DNA of 64,000 bases from Acidobacteriota bacterium (lineage in GTDB: Bacteria > Acidobacteriota > Vicinamibacteria > Vicinamibacterales > UBA8438): positions 18,225 through 82,224 of the forward strand of contig VXME01000022.1 in assembly GCA_009861545.1 (NCBI GenBank). Direction: 5' to 3'. A program made the position numbers and the translations under genes. The notes below the pieces were generated by a model. The model was given only the letters and a program-made list of their open reading frames with translations, was not told the origin of the DNA and did no database searches. This document shows positions 63,438-64,000 of the stretch, piece by piece (the stretch's first letter is position 1; every line of letters begins with the position of its first letter).

Positions 63438-64000
63438 TCAGTTGCGGCTCGCGCGACCGGTGCGCCCGGGTGCACGGCTGAGCGTGTGCAAGGCACGGAG
63501 GGCCTTCCTGATGTCTGCGGGAACGGCGGCCATGTCGCGAATGATGTCTCGCTCCGCGATCCGCAGGGCGAGTCCGCGGGACTGAAGCCACGTACGAAGA
63601 TCGCCGAGGACGGCTTTCGCGTCACACCACCGTTCGGGGTCCTTCCACCGAGCGTTCAGGAACTGGTCGGCCCGGTCGAGCGCAGTCTTCAACGCGAGCC
63701 TTCTGTCCTCCTGCTGGATGCGCGTCGCTACGGACTGCCGAACGTGCTCGCGCTGGGCGTCCAGAAGCCGATCGAGTTCCGCCACGAACGCCTGCCGCTG
63801 CTGTTTCCATACCGTGCCGAGCTGTCGCTCGTCGGCCTGGCGGTCGAGCACGGTCAGGATTGCCGTGCGGTCCAGCAGGTAGTTCTCAATCTCGTTCGCG
63901 TCCCACAGCAGAAGCTTGAAGTCGAGCTGGTACGCGTCGGTCTTCGCCCGGCCGGCATGGGTTCGTAGCACGGTGCGGCGCGACGCATCGGTGCGATAGT
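63438..64000 (-). CDS. Partial gene (3' part only): DUF4435/OLD-Toprim-like C-terminal region, N-terminus lies beyond the window
   Basis: The frame stays open to the window edge (..YRTDASRRTVLRTHAGR..). LLLWDANEIENYLLDRTAIL resembles the conserved end of DUF4435/Toprim-like modules. A helical tail follows. Confidence 0.35.
   Translation of the reverse strand, partial: YRTDASRRTVLRTHAGRAKTDAYQLDFKLLLWDANEIENYLLDRTAILTVLDRQADERQLGTVWKQQRQAFVAELDRLLDAQREHVRQSVATRIQQEDRRLALKTALDRADQFLNARWKDPERWCDAKAVLGDLRTWLQSRGLALRIAERDIIRDMAAVPADIRKALRALHTLSRAPGRTGRASRN

Noticed and set aside
1-64000. Search for mobile-element hallmarks (integrase, transposase, IS inverted repeats, tRNA attachment sites, prophage genes) around the accessory islets
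   Set aside because: None was recognised in any frame. The islets are therefore described only as accessory or defence-like gene clusters, not as mobile elements.

Overview
High-GC bacterial chromosomal window with about 50 protein-coding genes. I found no rRNA, tRNA, CRISPR array, integrase or transposase. The gene content (many exported hydrolases, a DUF1552/DUF1592 pair, PEGA, DUF5916, sulfatase) suggests a soil Acidobacteriota-, Gemmatimonadota- or Planctomycetota-like organism, but that is inference only.

Core blocks:
- A selenocysteine-containing formate dehydrogenase operon, fdnG(Sec)-fdnH-fdnI-[vapBC]-fdhE, at 2.7-9.0 kb.
- A gluconate-2-dehydrogenase-like pair and a large FAD/Fe-S oxidoreductase at 14.9-20.7 kb.
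- A PQQ dehydrogenase with a diheme cytochrome c at 24.3-26.8 kb.
- Formamidase, an OPT transporter, a LiaF-like/LytS/LytTR envelope-stress module, galE, a purine permease and a DesK/NarL-type two-component system.
- A DUF1552/DUF1592 pair, an alpha/beta hydrolase, a sulfatase, a DUF5916 outer-membrane protein and an RND efflux pump.

Accessory, defence-like islets sit between these blocks:
- Uma2 plus a GmrSD-like DUF262/DUF1524 enzyme (0.1-2.5 kb).
- Two PIN-toxin TA pairs flanking fdhE.
- A methyltransferase locus that is split or permuted, with small ORFs and an orphan KamA-family radical SAM gene (9.7-13.5 kb).
- DUF4160 plus a DUF2442::DUF429 fusion (20.7-22.1 kb).
- An AlbA_2/HATPase_c_4 gene (42.4-43.9 kb).
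- An AbiEi/AbiEii-like pair plus a second Uma2 (48.2-50.2 kb).
- A truncated DUF4435-like gene at the right edge.

The most unusual loci are the DUF4160 / DUF2442-DUF429 cassette and the MTase locus, which reads motif I - motif IV - TGA - motif I'.

Many very long ORFs in the track are antisense or alternate-frame shadows typical of high-GC DNA, and I rejected them. All family assignments come from motif recognition by eye. No database search was run.
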